Shown: positions 20,961-31,531, numbered from the stretch's first letter. The stretch: DNA of 64,000 nt from an uncultured Gemmatimonadales bacterium (GCA_963798085.1 CAWCRS010000007.1:480001-544000); one strand, 5' to 3'. Numbers and translations are program-made. Notes: generated by a model not told the origin, from the letters alone.

Positions 20961-23114
20961 TCAGCGCAACGGATGCGGGCGACGAAGTGATGTCCGACGG
21001 CTCGCCGCGCGATGACGCACGACGGTCGCGTGCGGGACACGCTGCCACGGCACATCAATGCGCGTCACGCCCAGAGCGCGCACCGTCAGCGGCTGAACCG
21101 GTCCGGTGCGGCCGACCAGCTCCGTGTGCAGATCGTAGACGCCGGGAACCAGCGCCGGCACCAGGAAGTTTCCGGCCGCATCGGTGAGTACCGTGCTGGC
21201 ACTGCCAATGCTGACGCGCACACCGGCCACGGGGGCCCGTGATTCATCCAGCACACGCCCGCTCACCACGCCCACGAACGGCGCCTCGACCCGCTCGCGG
21301 TCACGCCAGCTCCACAGCAGCAGCGCGCCACAGCCAGTGGCGGTGGCCACCGGACTCTCGAGCGCGTCGTACAACTCGAGGCCGTTGAGACTCGTGACAG
21401 CAAGCAGCGAGTCCAGCGCAAACGATCTGTTATCGAGACCGAAGCGCACGGGCGCGCCGTTCAGGAACACCTCCAGCGCACAGTTCTGACCACGATCACC
21501 GCCGCCCGCCAGACGCAGCTCCTGCCCGCCGCTCGAGAAGTCGTGCACAGCGACGCCCTTCACCAGGCGCAGCAGGTCCGTGATGGTGCGGGCACCGCTC
21601 GACCGGATCTGGAAACTGGTCATGGATGCCCGGTCACGCTCCTGGCGCAGGCGCTCGGTGAAGCCCTTGCTCGCCAGCCACGCCGCCAGCACGGCGTCGT
21701 CCGGCGGCAGGGCGGGAAGCGCGGCCGCGCTGTCACGCCACGCCATTTCCGCCTTCGTCAGCAGGTACGGCACGGCGAGCGGCACCACCAGCGACAGCGC
21801 GGTCACATGTCCACGCCTCAGCTCGACCGGCTGCGGCATGGGCTCCCAGTTGTGCACCGCGGGCAATGGCTGGCGGAAGGTGACCGCGTACCGGCCTTCC
21901 GGCAGATCGGATATGCGATACTGCCCGACACTGTCCGTGACCGTCGCATAATTGGTGTTAGCCAGGTACACGGCGGCGCCCGCCACCGGCTCACCCGTGG
22001 CACTGTCGCGTACCTCGCCGATCAGCGTGGCCCGGGCCGCGGCCTGCACCGTGCGCCCCGCCCGGTCGATGATGCTCAGGACTTCGCCGCCCTCCGCGAA
22101 CTGACCGGTCAGCACTTCCCGGCTGAGCGGCTGATTGGAGAACATGCTGTTCGTGCGCCCCACAATGGGCGACCAGATCTGCCAGCTGCGCACAATGAAC
22201 GCGCCATCCGGCAGACGCTGGAATTCCACGTCGCCGCCATAGCGCCCGGCGGGCAGTTCCCGCGGCAGCCTGGTGTAGCCGAACTCCAGCGTGCGCAGCT
22301 CGGCCGAACGCTGATCCAGCCACAGCACACCCTGCACGTCGGGCAGCCGTCGACCGGGCGCCGGCGCGAACTCGAGACCGATCTGACCCGGATGCCGCCC
22401 CGCATCACGACGCAGACGCAGACAGTGCGTGTCGAGGAAACTCTCGGAGAGCAGCACATCGCCGTTCGGACCGTAGAGCACAAACGCATCCGCGTCCTCC
22501 GCGACATACCCGTGCGTCGCCAGCTGGTCCGCCGGCAGACTGACGAAGGGATCACCCGAGAAACGCGACTTGAAACTCGCGCTCTCCTTGACCACCTGCC
22601 GACCCTCCGCATCCAGCGTGCGCTCGTAGCGCGTGACATTGAAGCGATACAGGTGCTCCGTGCGCACCGTCGCCTCCACCGCGAGCGCCTTCCTCGCCTC
22701 TTCCCAGACCGTCTCCGTCGCCAGACCCGCGGCCGGCCGCACCTGACACCGGTGCAATGCCCGCACGTCCAGTGCGTCCAGTCGGATCGGCTCCGGCGGC
22801 AGCTGCAGCGTGAGATCGATGCGCGCTTCACGCGTCAGATCGAAAGGCGCACTCGTCACGGTGCGCCGCCCGATCATTTCCGCGCGCAGCGTGTACCGCC
22901 CCGTCGCCTGCAGATTCATGACGAAATTCCCGTGCTCGTCCGCCAGTACACCGAATCGCGACCGCCCCGCATCGTCCACCAGCACCACGTGTGTGCCCAG
23001 CACGCCCGCGCCCGTGAGCGAATCCACCACGCGCCCGCGCACCACCTGCGCGCGCAGCGCGACGCTGCAGCACAATACCAGGATGCAGGCGACGATGCCG
23101 CTTCGACTCTTCAT
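20961..23114 (-). CDS. Paralog of 17532-20912 (CarboxypepD_reg repeats + plug-like domain)
   Basis: Shares AEMIGRRT, VWEEARKALAVEA, YGPNGDVLLS.SFLDTHC and GQIGL.F.P with the neighbouring gene. Confidence 0.8.
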   Translation of the reverse strand: MKSRSGIVACILVLCCSVALRAQVVRGRVVDSLTGAGVLGTHVVLVDDAGRSRFGVLADEHGNFVMNLQATGRYTLRAEMIGRRTVTSAPFDLTREARIDLTLQLPPEPIRLDALDVRALHRCQVRPAAGLATETVWEEARKALAVEATVRTEHLYRFNVTRYERTLDAEGRQVVKESASFKSRFSGDPFVSLPADQLATHGYVAEDADAFVLYGPNGDVLLSESFLDTHCLRLRRDAGRHPGQIGLEFAPAPGRRLPDVQGVLWLDQRSAELRTLEFGYTRLPRELPAGRYGGDVEFQRLPDGAFIVRSWQIWSPIVGRTNSMFSNQPLSREVLTGQFAEGGEVLSIIDRAGRTVQAAARATLIGEVRDSATGEPVAGAAVYLANTNYATVTDSVGQYRISDLPEGRYAVTFRQPLPAVHNWEPMPQPVELRRGHVTALSLVVPLAVPYLLTKAEMAWRDSAAALPALPPDDAVLAAWLASKGFTERLRQERDRASMTSFQIRSSGARTITDLLRLVKGVAVHDFSSGGQELRLAGGGDRGQNCALEVFLNGAPVRFGLDNRSFALDSLLAVTSLNGLELYDALESPVATATGCGALLLWSWRDRERVEAPFVGVVSGRVLDESRAPVAGVRVSIGSASTVLTDAAGNFLVPALVPGVYDLHTELVGRTGPVQPLTVRALGVTRIDVPWQRVPHATVVRHRAASRRTSLRRPHPLR

Positions 23115-23442
23115 CGGATGGATGCGTCGCCGTGGCTTCGGACGTCACGTGGCATGATCACCAGTCAGGACTGAGTGCGGGATCGAGCATGCGCCGGCCG
23201 TGCTCGCAGATCCATAGTAATTCGGGGATGTCGCCGAGTCAAAGACTACGAGGACACAGCGGCCTCGTGGGCTTCTCTTGGGCACGCCGGGCTTGCGCGC
23301 TTCACCGTGGAGAAGAGGGAAGACGCGGAAAACGGATTGTTTGCACACGGAAGTCTGCGGGAGAAACAGTGGGCACAGTGGATGACATTACAGTGATCGG
23401 CGGACTGCGAGGCAGTTGTCCAACACAATGGTATACGAGAGA

Positions 23443-23560
23443 GCCTCCGCGTGAGAATTGATCCGTATCCCTTTTCCGTCCTCCGATGCCTCTGCGGCCT
23501 CCGTGTGAGAACAGATCCGTGTCGTCTCCGTCCTCCGATGCCTCTGCGGCCTCCGTGTGA
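23443..23560. repeat. Tandem half-copies of family A element (34-bp unit, period 52)
   Basis: TCCGTCCTCCGATGCCTCTGCGGCCTCCGTGTGA occurs at 23475-23508 and 23527-23560, with a partial copy at 23443. Confidence 0.85.
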
Positions 23561-23760
23561 AAACGTCCGTTGTCCGTTCTCCGCGACCTCCAGGACCTCG
23601 GCCTCGACGCAATACCCCGCAGGAAGTCCCCGCGCAGCCCGTCACACGGCCGAGGGTCTCCCGTTACGGGGTGTTCCTCTCTTCCTCGCGTGAACTGATA
23701 CGCCTGCTGCGCATCCTCGACGCTCGAGTCGGTAATCGCAAAGAGTAACCCGGAGTGTGT

Positions 23761-25508
23761 ATGTCGTTCGCTTGGGTGCGCGCCCTCGTGCTGGTCCCGG
23801 CACTGGTGCTGGCGGGTCGTGTGGCAGCGCAGGACCATCGGTCCGCGAAGAAGGACAGTGGTCCACGCGTGTGACCATGCGCGGATTCCAGACGCAGCAG
23901 ATCGGGCAGACACTCGACGGCATTCCGCTGGGGGACATGACGTACGGCAATTTCAACGGCCTGAACATCGCGCGCGCGATCGATCCCGCGAATCTGTCGA
24001 GCACGACGGTCGAGCAGGGCAGCGGCGCGCTGGGCACGGCGTCGGCGAACAACCTGGGCGGCGTGATTGCCTACCGTTCGGCGGATCCCTCCAGCCAGCC
24101 CGGCGTGAGGCTGCAGCAGATGGCGGGCGATTTCCGCTCCTTCCGCACCGACCTGCGGCTCGACATGGGCGCGCACGCGCTCGCGCCTGACAGGGCGTTA
24201 TCAGGCTATGTCAGCTACGCGCGCACGGACAACGACAAGTGGAAGGGTGGTGGGCAGCGTTTCTCCGATTTCCCCGGCGACCACAAGCTGTTCTTCGGAC
24301 AGAGCGGGCTGCTGCGCGAGGGCGAGAACTGGCAGGATCAGTTCAACGCGCGCGCGGACCTGCTGCTGGGTGGCTCCCGGCTGACGGCGTTCTACGATTT
24401 CTCGGACAAGAAGGAGTCCGACTACATGGACCTCTCGCTCGGCGTCTTCAACGACCCGCGCTTCGGTCCGCGCACCGATTACTGGACCAGCTGGGCGACA
24501 GCGAAGCAGTACGCGGAGTATACGCTGCCGCCCTACAATCCGCTGGGCGATGTGGCGTACTTCATGTCGGCGCAGGGAGCGCGCCAGGATCACCTTGCGT
24601 ACCTGCGCGGCGATTTCCGTCTGGGCTCGCGCGCCCGCGTTGTGGTATCACCGTACGTGCACCGCAATCGGGGTGGCGGCGACTGGCACGCGCCCAGCTA
24701 CGGCGCCAGCTACAGTCCCGATCCCATCATGTTCCGGCAGACCCAGTACGCGATCGACCGGCGCGGCGTGCTGGCCACCGCAGTTACGGAGCTGGGCAGC
24801 TTCAATCGCCTCGAAGGCGGTGTCTGGCTGGAGAGCAACGACGTACGCATGCGCCGGCCGCGCTGGCGACTCAGGAACTACCAGGCAGGACCGGAAGTCG
24901 ATTTCAGCAATGTTCTTCAGCTCGATTTCGATCGCACCGGCGACCTGGGCACGACCATGCTGTACCTGCAGAACACCAGCACACTGCTGGACGAGCGCCT
25001 GCGTCTCACCTACGGCTTCAAGTGGCTGCACGTGAACGCGGACTTCCACTCCAACGGCAACACGCCCACGGACGGCGTGGTGGCGCCGCTGTCTCCGGAT
25101 GCCACGCGTCCGGACCTGTCGCTGCCCACGAAAGCGGGGATCCTGCCCCAGCTGGGCGCGGTCTTCGGGCTGAACCACACCGACGAGCTGTTCGCCAACT
25201 ACAGCGAAAACGTGAACCAGTACCCGTACAGTCCGCAGACCGGTGCGTACAACGCCAGCACTTCGCTCTTCCCGTTCCTCGAGAGCACGCATCCCGAGCG
25301 TTCCTCGACCATCGATCTCGGCGTGCGCACCAGCCGGTCCGGTACGGAAGGTTCGCTCGCAGTCTACTACATCGACTACCGTAATCGCCTGTTGGGCATC
25401 GCGCTGTGTCCGCCCACGGTCACCTGCGCGACGGGCCTGGGCAATGTGGGTTCAGTGCGCAGCCTGGGCGCGGAAGCGCTGCTCTCGCAGCATTCGTGCT
25501 GGACCTGA
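23761..25508 (+). pseudogene. TonB-dependent receptor, internally deleted in the plug and truncated in the barrel
   Basis: The signal-peptide ORF MSFAWVRALVLVPALVLAGRVAAQD (ATG 23761, GGAG RBS) is out of frame with the plug (WSTRVTMRGF..TLDGIPLGD..EQGSGALG..NNLGG). The barrel stops after ..GNVGSVRSLGAE with no C-terminal strands. Confidence 0.75.
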
Positions 25509-25756
25509 AGCCTGGCTTCCTCTTCGGCACCAGCCTCGACGGCCCGCAAGTCGGACCCACCGCCACACACGGCATGCACGGCTACTTCCCCGACGAGCCC
25601 GACATGGCCGCCTCCTTCTTCCTCCCCGGCCCGCACATCCCGCACGGCCTCACCCTGGGCCGCATCGACATGCGCGACATCGCCCCCACCCTCGCCGCCC
25701 TCCTCGGCGTCTCTCTCCAAAGCGCCGAAGGCCACGCGCTCACCCTTCACCGCTGA
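25487..25756 (+). pseudogene. C-terminal remnant of an ectonucleotide pyrophosphatase/phosphodiesterase (alkaline phosphatase superfamily)
   Basis: GMHGYFPDEPDMAASFF..GP.I..G..LGRIDMRDIAPTLAALLG. The N-terminal catalytic part and a start are missing. Confidence 0.7.
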
Positions 25757-25863
25757 GTGCGGCGTCCTCCGCGTCCTCAATGTCAGAACCACGACCTGGA
25801 CAAAGGGTATCCCGCCAGATCAGCCCGCAGCTTCGTATCCTCAGGAAATCACGGTGCCTCGCG

Positions 25864-26271
25864 ATGCCCCAGAGAGACTACCTGATGCGCATGATCGAAC
25901 AGATGGGTTCTGTGCTGGCCCGTCTGCGGCAATTGATCATGGGTGGCGGACAGGTGGAGAGTGAACTGCTGAAAACCGCGCGGAGTCAGGGCGTCGATCT
26001 GGTGACCGCGCGGGCGCTCGATGCGGAAAGTCTGCTGGCGCTGCTTTCTGCCGGCGGGCCGCCCGACATTACGCGCACCTGGCTGATGGCCGAGCTGATC
26101 GGACTGGATGGCCTGAATGCGGAACTCGCGGGTGATGGGGTGACGGCGCGCGAGTCGTATCGCAAGGCGCTGGTGCTGTTCCGTGCCCTCGATCCGCACA
26201 TTCTGGGCGGGCTGCCCGACGCCACCGCGCGCATCGCCGACCTCGAACAGCGCGTTAGTGCGCCGCTTTGA
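25864..26271 (+). CDS. Small helical hypothetical protein (DUF6483-like N-terminus)
   Basis: MPQRDYLMRMIEQMGSVLARL and a TPR-like C-terminal helix. Confidence 0.6.
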   Translation: MPQRDYLMRMIEQMGSVLARLRQLIMGGGQVESELLKTARSQGVDLVTARALDAESLLALLSAGGPPDITRTWLMAELIGLDGLNAELAGDGVTARESYRKALVLFRALDPHILGGLPDATARIADLEQRVSAPL

Positions 26272-26272
26272 C

Positions 26273-27367
26273 TCAGAGCAGGCCTATGTGGCGGGCGAGC
26301 GCGTCCGCGGAAGGCGCCACCTCGGCGTGCGAGACGCCCTGCGCCATTGCGGTCTCGGGGTCCTTGAGGCCGGTGCCAGTGAGCACGCAGACGCAGCGCT
26401 CGTCGCGGTGCACGCGGCCGTCGCGCACGGCCGCGCGCAATCCTGCAATGCCGGCGGCGGAAGCGGGCTCGCAGAAGACGCCTTCCAGTCGGGCCACCTG
26501 GCGGTAGGCCTCGAGAATCTCGTCGTCGCTCACCGCCCGCAGTTCGCCGCCTGAGTCGTGGGCCGCGTCGACGGCGGGCTGCCATGTGGCAGGCCGGCCA
26601 ATGCGGATGGCCGTGGCGACCGTTTCCGGTTGCTCGACAGGTTGTCCGTGCACGAGCGGCGCCGCACCCGCGGCCTGCACACCCAGAATGCGTGGCAGGC
26701 GGGCGCAGCGACCCAGCTCGGCGTAGCGGCGGAATCCCAGCCAGTACGCCGTGATGTTGCCGCCATTGCCGACGGGCAGCGCGAGCACGGCGGGCGGCTC
26801 GGCCAGCGCATCGCAGATCTCGAACGCCGCGGTCGTCTGGCCGGCAATGCGGTGCGGGTTCACGGAATTCACGAGTGCCAGCGGGTACCGGTCCGCGGCT
26901 TCTCGCGCGACTTCGAGGGCGCGATCGAAGTTGGCGGCCATCACCACGACGTGGGCGCCGTACATCACCGCCTGCGCCACCTTGCCGTGTGCCACCTTGC
27001 CGCCCGGCAACAGCGCCACGGCTTCGAGGCCGGCACGCGCGGCGTACGCGGCCGCACTGGCGGCGGTGTTACCCGTCGACGCGCACAGCACGGTGCGCGC
27101 GCCATCCTCCACCGCCTTGGCCACCGCCACCACCATGCCGCGATCCTTGAACGAACCCGTCGGGTTCGTCCCCTCGAACTTGAGGTGCAGCTCACTCACG
27201 CCCACCCACGCACCGAGTCGTGGCGCGAGCAGGAGCGGCGTCTCGCCCTCGTCCAGGGTCAGGTGAGGCGTGCGTTCGGTGATGGGCAGCAAATGCCCCC
27301 AGCGCGCGAGCACGCCGCGCGCGCGGACATCGCCATTGCCTGTCGGCTGACTATCGGAAGACGGCAC
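26273..27367 (-). CDS. thrC: Threonine synthase
   Basis: KFEGTNPTGSFKDRGM, CASTGNTAAS, VNSVNP.RI.GQ, LPVGNGGNI, ATAIRIG and FCEPASAAG. Confidence 0.95.
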   Translation of the reverse strand: MPSSDSQPTGNGDVRARGVLARWGHLLPITERTPHLTLDEGETPLLLAPRLGAWVGVSELHLKFEGTNPTGSFKDRGMVVAVAKAVEDGARTVLCASTGNTAASAAAYAARAGLEAVALLPGGKVAHGKVAQAVMYGAHVVVMAANFDRALEVAREAADRYPLALVNSVNPHRIAGQTTAAFEICDALAEPPAVLALPVGNGGNITAYWLGFRRYAELGRCARLPRILGVQAAGAAPLVHGQPVEQPETVATAIRIGRPATWQPAVDAAHDSGGELRAVSDDEILEAYRQVARLEGVFCEPASAAGIAGLRAAVRDGRVHRDERCVCVLTGTGLKDPETAMAQGVSHAEVAPSADALARHIGLL

Positions 27368-27387
27368 GGGTTGGCCCCCGCCCTGAT

Positions 27388-28320
27388 TCAGCTGGTTCGA
27401 ACGACCTGCGCTCCTGTCACATCAGGCTGCAATGGAAAGCACACGACCGGCCCCTGCTGCGCATCGAACGCGCGGCCCATGGCCTCCGCGACCGTTGCCT
27501 CGCTGCCCACGGGACATACCGCGATGAGACCGGAGCCGCTGCCGCTCACCGTCACAGCCCAGGCGCCGGCCTCGCGGCCATTCAGCACGGCCCGCTCCGC
27601 GCCCGGGATGAGCGCCATGCGATAGGGTACGTGCAGCTCGTCGTCGAAGCCGGTGCGCAGCAGTTCCGCATCACCCGATGCCAGACCCTGCACCAATGCG
27701 AGCACGCGCGCGAGAGCGCGCACAGCGACAGCATGCGAGACGGATGCGGGCAGCACGCGCCGCGCGTACGCGGTCGAGATCTCGAGGGCCGGCGCCGCGT
27801 AGGCAAAGCCAATGCGCGGCGAGAGGCGCAGCGGCAGCGTACGCGGCTCACCCGCCGGATCAGCTGTGATGCACACGAGGCCGCCCTGCAGCGCGGGCGC
27901 CGCATTGTCCGGGTGTCCCTCAATGTGCGCGGCCACAGACAGGAGACGGTCGCGGTCCGGCTCTTCACCCAGAGTGACGGCAGCCAGCAGCAGACCCGCG
28001 ATGGTCGCGGCCGCCGACGAGCCCAGGCCGCGGCCCACCGGGATTTCCGAGGTCATGCGCAGCACACCCGCGATCTGGCCGACGCCGCGTGACCGCAGCG
28101 CGGAGGCGAAGGCCGTGGCAACGGCGTCGTCGCCTGCTCCATTGGTAAGCGACGACAGCGTTCCGGCCCGCTCGACGCGCAGCGTAGCGGAGTCGCCAGG
28201 CTGGTACTGGACATCGAGATGCCGGTCGAACGCCAGACCGATGCAGTCGAAGCCCGCGCCCAGGTTGGAGGTGCTGCACGGCACGCGCACGCGTGCGGTC
28301 CGCAGTACGGGCGGGTTCAA
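27388..28320 (-). CDS. thrB: Homoserine kinase
   Basis: VPCSTSNLGAGFDCIG, IPVGRGLGSSAAA, EGHPDNAAP, LHVPYR and SGSGS. Confidence 0.95.
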   Translation of the reverse strand: MNPPVLRTARVRVPCSTSNLGAGFDCIGLAFDRHLDVQYQPGDSATLRVERAGTLSSLTNGAGDDAVATAFASALRSRGVGQIAGVLRMTSEIPVGRGLGSSAAATIAGLLLAAVTLGEEPDRDRLLSVAAHIEGHPDNAAPALQGGLVCITADPAGEPRTLPLRLSPRIGFAYAAPALEISTAYARRVLPASVSHAVAVRALARVLALVQGLASGDAELLRTGFDDELHVPYRMALIPGAERAVLNGREAGAWAVTVSGSGSGLIAVCPVGSEATVAEAMGRAFDAQQGPVVCFPLQPDVTGAQVVRTS

Positions 28321-28775
28321 AGCAGAGCGAGAACGTCGTCCGCGTGGGTGGCCGGCTTCACGCGCTCCAGCACGCGCGCAATGCGACCGTCTGCGTCGAT
28401 GACGAACGTGGTGCGCTCATTGCCCCAGTACTTCCGGCCGTAGAGCGTCTTCTCCTTCCAGACGCCGTACTGCTCGGCCACCGCGTGATCGGTGTCCGCC
28501 AGCAGCGTGAATGGCAGGTCGTACTTGGACCGGAAGCGCTGGTGCGACTTCGCCGAGTCCGGGCTCACACCCAGGATCACCGCGTCCTTCGCGTCGAACG
28601 TGGCCGCACGATCCCGCAGCTCGCAGGCCTGCGTGGTGCAGCCCGACGTGTCGTCCTTCGGATAGAAGTAGAGGATTACCTTGCGGCCACGCAGGTCCGA
28701 CAGGCGAACCGGCGCGCCATCCTGATCGGGCAGCGCGAAATCCGGGGCGACCTCGCCCGCCTCGGGACGTGACAC
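28317..28775 (-). CDS. bcp: Thioredoxin-dependent thiol peroxidase (BCP/PrxQ)
   Basis: YFYPKDDTSGCTTQAC, GVSPD and ERTTFVID. Confidence 0.95.
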   Translation of the reverse strand: MSRPEAGEVAPDFALPDQDGAPVRLSDLRGRKVILYFYPKDDTSGCTTQACELRDRAATFDAKDAVILGVSPDSAKSHQRFRSKYDLPFTLLADTDHAVAEQYGVWKEKTLYGRKYWGNERTTFVIDADGRIARVLERVKPATHADDVLALL

Positions 28776-28822
28776 GGCGGCTCAGCGGCTGGACAGTATG
28801 ACGGCGGCGGCCCGGCGCATCG

Positions 28823-29362
28823 TCAGTCGCCTGAATCCGTCGCCGCCGGCGGCGACCCTGCAGTCGCTTCGCCCCCGTCCAGCGCGACTGCCTTCGCGCG
28901 CGAGCCTTCCCGCCACAGCGACAGCGCAAGGATCGCCGCGCCCGCCGTGATGGCCATGTCCGCCACATTGAAGATGGGCCAGTGCATGAAGCCGAGGTTG
29001 ATCGGTCCGATGAAGTCGACGACGCCCTGATCCCAGCGAATGCGGTCGATCAGGTTGCCCATCGCGCCGGCCGCAACCAGGGAAAGGGCACAGGTACGCG
29101 CCCAGTCGGTGGGCTTCGTCGTGCCGAACATGCCCGCCAGCATCAGGACGACGAAGATCGACGCGGCTACCAGCATCCAGCGACCCGCCGACGGTATGTC
29201 GAGGCCGAAGGCAATGCCGCGGTTGAACGCCAGCGTGAACGGAACACCGGCGAGGGTAGCGTCACTGCGGCTGAGCGTCTCGAACGCCCAGCGCTTCGTC
29301 GTGACGTCTGCGATGAGGATGCCGCTCACCAGAAAAACGGCAAGGAAGAGCTTCTGCTTCAC
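28823..29362 (-). CDS. lspA: Lipoprotein signal peptidase II
   Basis: NRGIAFG, GAMGNLIDRI..VVDFI and WPIFNVADMAI. Confidence 0.95.
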   Translation of the reverse strand: MKQKLFLAVFLVSGILIADVTTKRWAFETLSRSDATLAGVPFTLAFNRGIAFGLDIPSAGRWMLVAASIFVVLMLAGMFGTTKPTDWARTCALSLVAAGAMGNLIDRIRWDQGVVDFIGPINLGFMHWPIFNVADMAITAGAAILALSLWREGSRAKAVALDGGEATAGSPPAATDSGD

Positions 29363-29526
29363 GGAGATACCCCGCTTCGCACTTGGTCCGAGGTTCGCGC
29401 TAATCTAATCGCGTCACGGGCGCGCCACCATTCCGGAGACAGTATCCACTGCGGCGGCCTGAGGTTCCCCGCGTCCCGCGGACGTTTGCGGTCGACCCGC
29501 TCGACCGGCCCGGTGTACGAACCATC

Positions 29527-30126
29527 ATGCGCGACACGGCACTTCTGATTATCGACGTCCAGAATGACTTCTGCCACGGAGGCGCCCTCGCCGTGCCTCG
29601 TGGCGACGAGGTGGTGCCCGTGCTCAACCGCTATATCCGGCAGGCCGAAGCGGCGAGCCAGCCCGTGTTCGCATCGCGCGACTGGCATCCCGCCGAATCG
29701 CAGCATTTCCTCGCGGGCGGCGGACCCTGGCCGCCGCACTGCATCCAGGGGACGACCGGTGCCGCCTTCCATCCCGCGCTCGATCTGCCCGCCGACGTGA
29801 CGGTAATTACCAAGGGCGACAACCCGCGCGACGACGGCTACAGCGCGTTCGATGGCCATGACGCACAAGGCAGTGCGCTGCTCGAAACACTGCAAGCGCG
29901 AGAGGTGAACCGGCTGCTGGTGGGTGGTCTGGCGACCGATTACTGCGTGCGCGCATCCGTGCTCGACGCGCGCCGCCATGGCTTCAATGTGGTACTGCTG
30001 CTCGACGCCATGCGCGGCATCGACCGGAACAGCGGCAATGAAGCACGCGCGCTGGATGCCATGGTTCGCGCCGGGGCAACGACCGCCACGCTGAACACCA
30101 TCGCCATGCCACACATGCGACGTTAG
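29527..30126 (+). CDS. pncA: Nicotinamidase/pyrazinamidase
   Basis: IDVQNDFC.GGALAV, SRDWHP, WPPHCIQGT, YSAF and GLATDYCV. Confidence 0.92.
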   Translation: MRDTALLIIDVQNDFCHGGALAVPRGDEVVPVLNRYIRQAEAASQPVFASRDWHPAESQHFLAGGGPWPPHCIQGTTGAAFHPALDLPADVTVITKGDNPRDDGYSAFDGHDAQGSALLETLQAREVNRLLVGGLATDYCVRASVLDARRHGFNVVLLLDAMRGIDRNSGNEARALDAMVRAGATTATLNTIAMPHMRR

Positions 30127-30130
30127 GATG

Positions 30131-30167
30131 TTTCCCGGCCCCAGCCCGAGCCCCAGCCCGAGAAACG
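30131..30167. repeat. Family B repeat (CCCAGCCCGAG)n-AAACG
   Basis: Matches 36673-36701. Confidence 0.65.
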
Positions 30168-30174
30168 AACCCTG

Positions 30175-31416
30175 ATGACCCGACGCATATCGACAACGGT
30201 CAGGATCGGCGACGTCGCCGTGGGCTCCGCGCATCCGATCGTGGTGCAGTCGATGACCAACACGGACACCGCAGATGCAGCGGCCACGGCGGACCAGGCG
30301 GAGCAGCTTGCCGCCGGCGGCAGCGAGCTGGTGCGTGTGACCGTCAACACGGATGAGGCGGCGCAGGCCGTACCCCAGATCGTGGCGCTGCTGGAACGGC
30401 GGGGTACGCCGGTTCCCATCATCGGCGACTTCCACTACAACGGCCATCTGCTGCTCACGCGACACCCCGACTGCGCGCAGGCGCTCGCCAAATACCGCAT
30501 CAATCCCGGCAATGTCGGCGCCAAACGCCATGACGAGAATTTCCGCACCATCATCGAAGTCGCCATCGCCAACGACAAGCCGATCCGCATCGGCGTGAAC
30601 TGGGGCTCGCTGGACCCGCAGCTGCTCACCGAGATGATGGATGCGAATGCCAGCCGCCCGGACCCGCTGGATGCACGTGAAGTCACCATCGAGGCCATGC
30701 TGGAGAGCGCGCTGCGTTCTGCCGCACTCGCGGAAGCGACGGGCCTGCCGCACGACCGCATCATTCTCTCCGCGAAAGTCTCGGGCGTTCAGGACCTGAT
30801 CAATGTGTACCGGCGACTGGGCGCGCGCTGCGACTACCCGCTGCACCTGGGCCTGACCGAAGCAGGCATGGGCATGAAAGGCGTGGTGGCATCCACGGCG
30901 GGCCTCAGTGTGCTGCTGCAGGAAGGTCTGGGCGACACCATCCGCGTATCACTCACGCCACGACCGGGCGGCGACCGCACCGAAGAAGTGTACGTGGCAC
31001 AGCAGATCCTGCAGTCCATGGGGCTGCGCAGCTTCGCGCCCCAGGTCACATCGTGCCCCGGCTGCGGCCGCACCACATCCACCTTCTTCCAGAAAATGGC
31101 CGAGGACATCCAGGACTACATCCGCCAGCAGATGCCGCTCTGGCGCGAGCGTTACCCCGGCGTGGAAGAAATGCGCGTCGCTGTGATGGGCTGCGTGGTG
31201 AACGGCCCCGGCGAATCCAAACACGCGAATATCGGCATCTCGCTGCCCGGCACCTTCGAAGAACCCAAAGCTCCCGTCTACATCGACGGCCGCCTCTTCA
31301 CCACGCTGAAAGGCGACACCCTCATCCCCGATTTCCTCCGCCTCCTCGACTCCTACGTCACCACTCATTTCTCCAGCGCAGAGAGCGCGCCGGGCGCGAA
31401 CAGGAGCAGTGCCTAG
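30175..31416 (+). CDS. ispG: (E)-4-hydroxy-3-methylbut-2-enyl-diphosphate synthase
   Basis: [59 protein letters not shown] and [10 protein letters not shown]. Confidence 0.97.
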   Translation: MTRRISTTVRIGDVAVGSAHPIVVQSMTNTDTADAAATADQAEQLAAGGSELVRVTVNTDEAAQAVPQIVALLERRGTPVPIIGDFHYNGHLLLTRHPDCAQALAKYRINPGNVGAKRHDENFRTIIEVAIANDKPIRIGVNWGSLDPQLLTEMMDANASRPDPLDAREVTIEAMLESALRSAALAEATGLPHDRIILSAKVSGVQDLINVYRRLGARCDYPLHLGLTEAGMGMKGVVASTAGLSVLLQEGLGDTIRVSLTPRPGGDRTEEVYVAQQILQSMGLRSFAPQVTSCPGCGRTTSTFFQKMAEDIQDYIRQQMPLWRERYPGVEEMRVAVMGCVVNGPGESKHANIGISLPGTFEEPKAPVYIDGRLFTTLKGDTLIPDFLRLLDSYVTTHFSSAESAPGANRSSA

Positions 31417-31469
31417 CAGGAGATTTCCAACTCAGCGAATGTGCCTGACAAGCGGTTCAAGAGCAGAAA

Positions 31470-31506
31470 CAGAGGGCGCAGAGACGTGAAGCCTCTGCGC
31501 CCTCCG
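31470..31506. terminator. Hairpin between convergent genes, family A-related
   Basis: GAGGGCGCAGAG..CTCTGCGCCCTC stem. Confidence 0.5.
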
Positions 31507-31531
31507 CGCGCTCGCGGTGAAGGCTGTGAAG

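Noticed and set aside
23475..23560. CRISPR-like repeat-spacer-repeat (34-bp repeat)
   Set aside because: There are only two full units, the 18-nt spacers are similar to each other, there are no cas genes, and the unit belongs to the dispersed family A palindrome.
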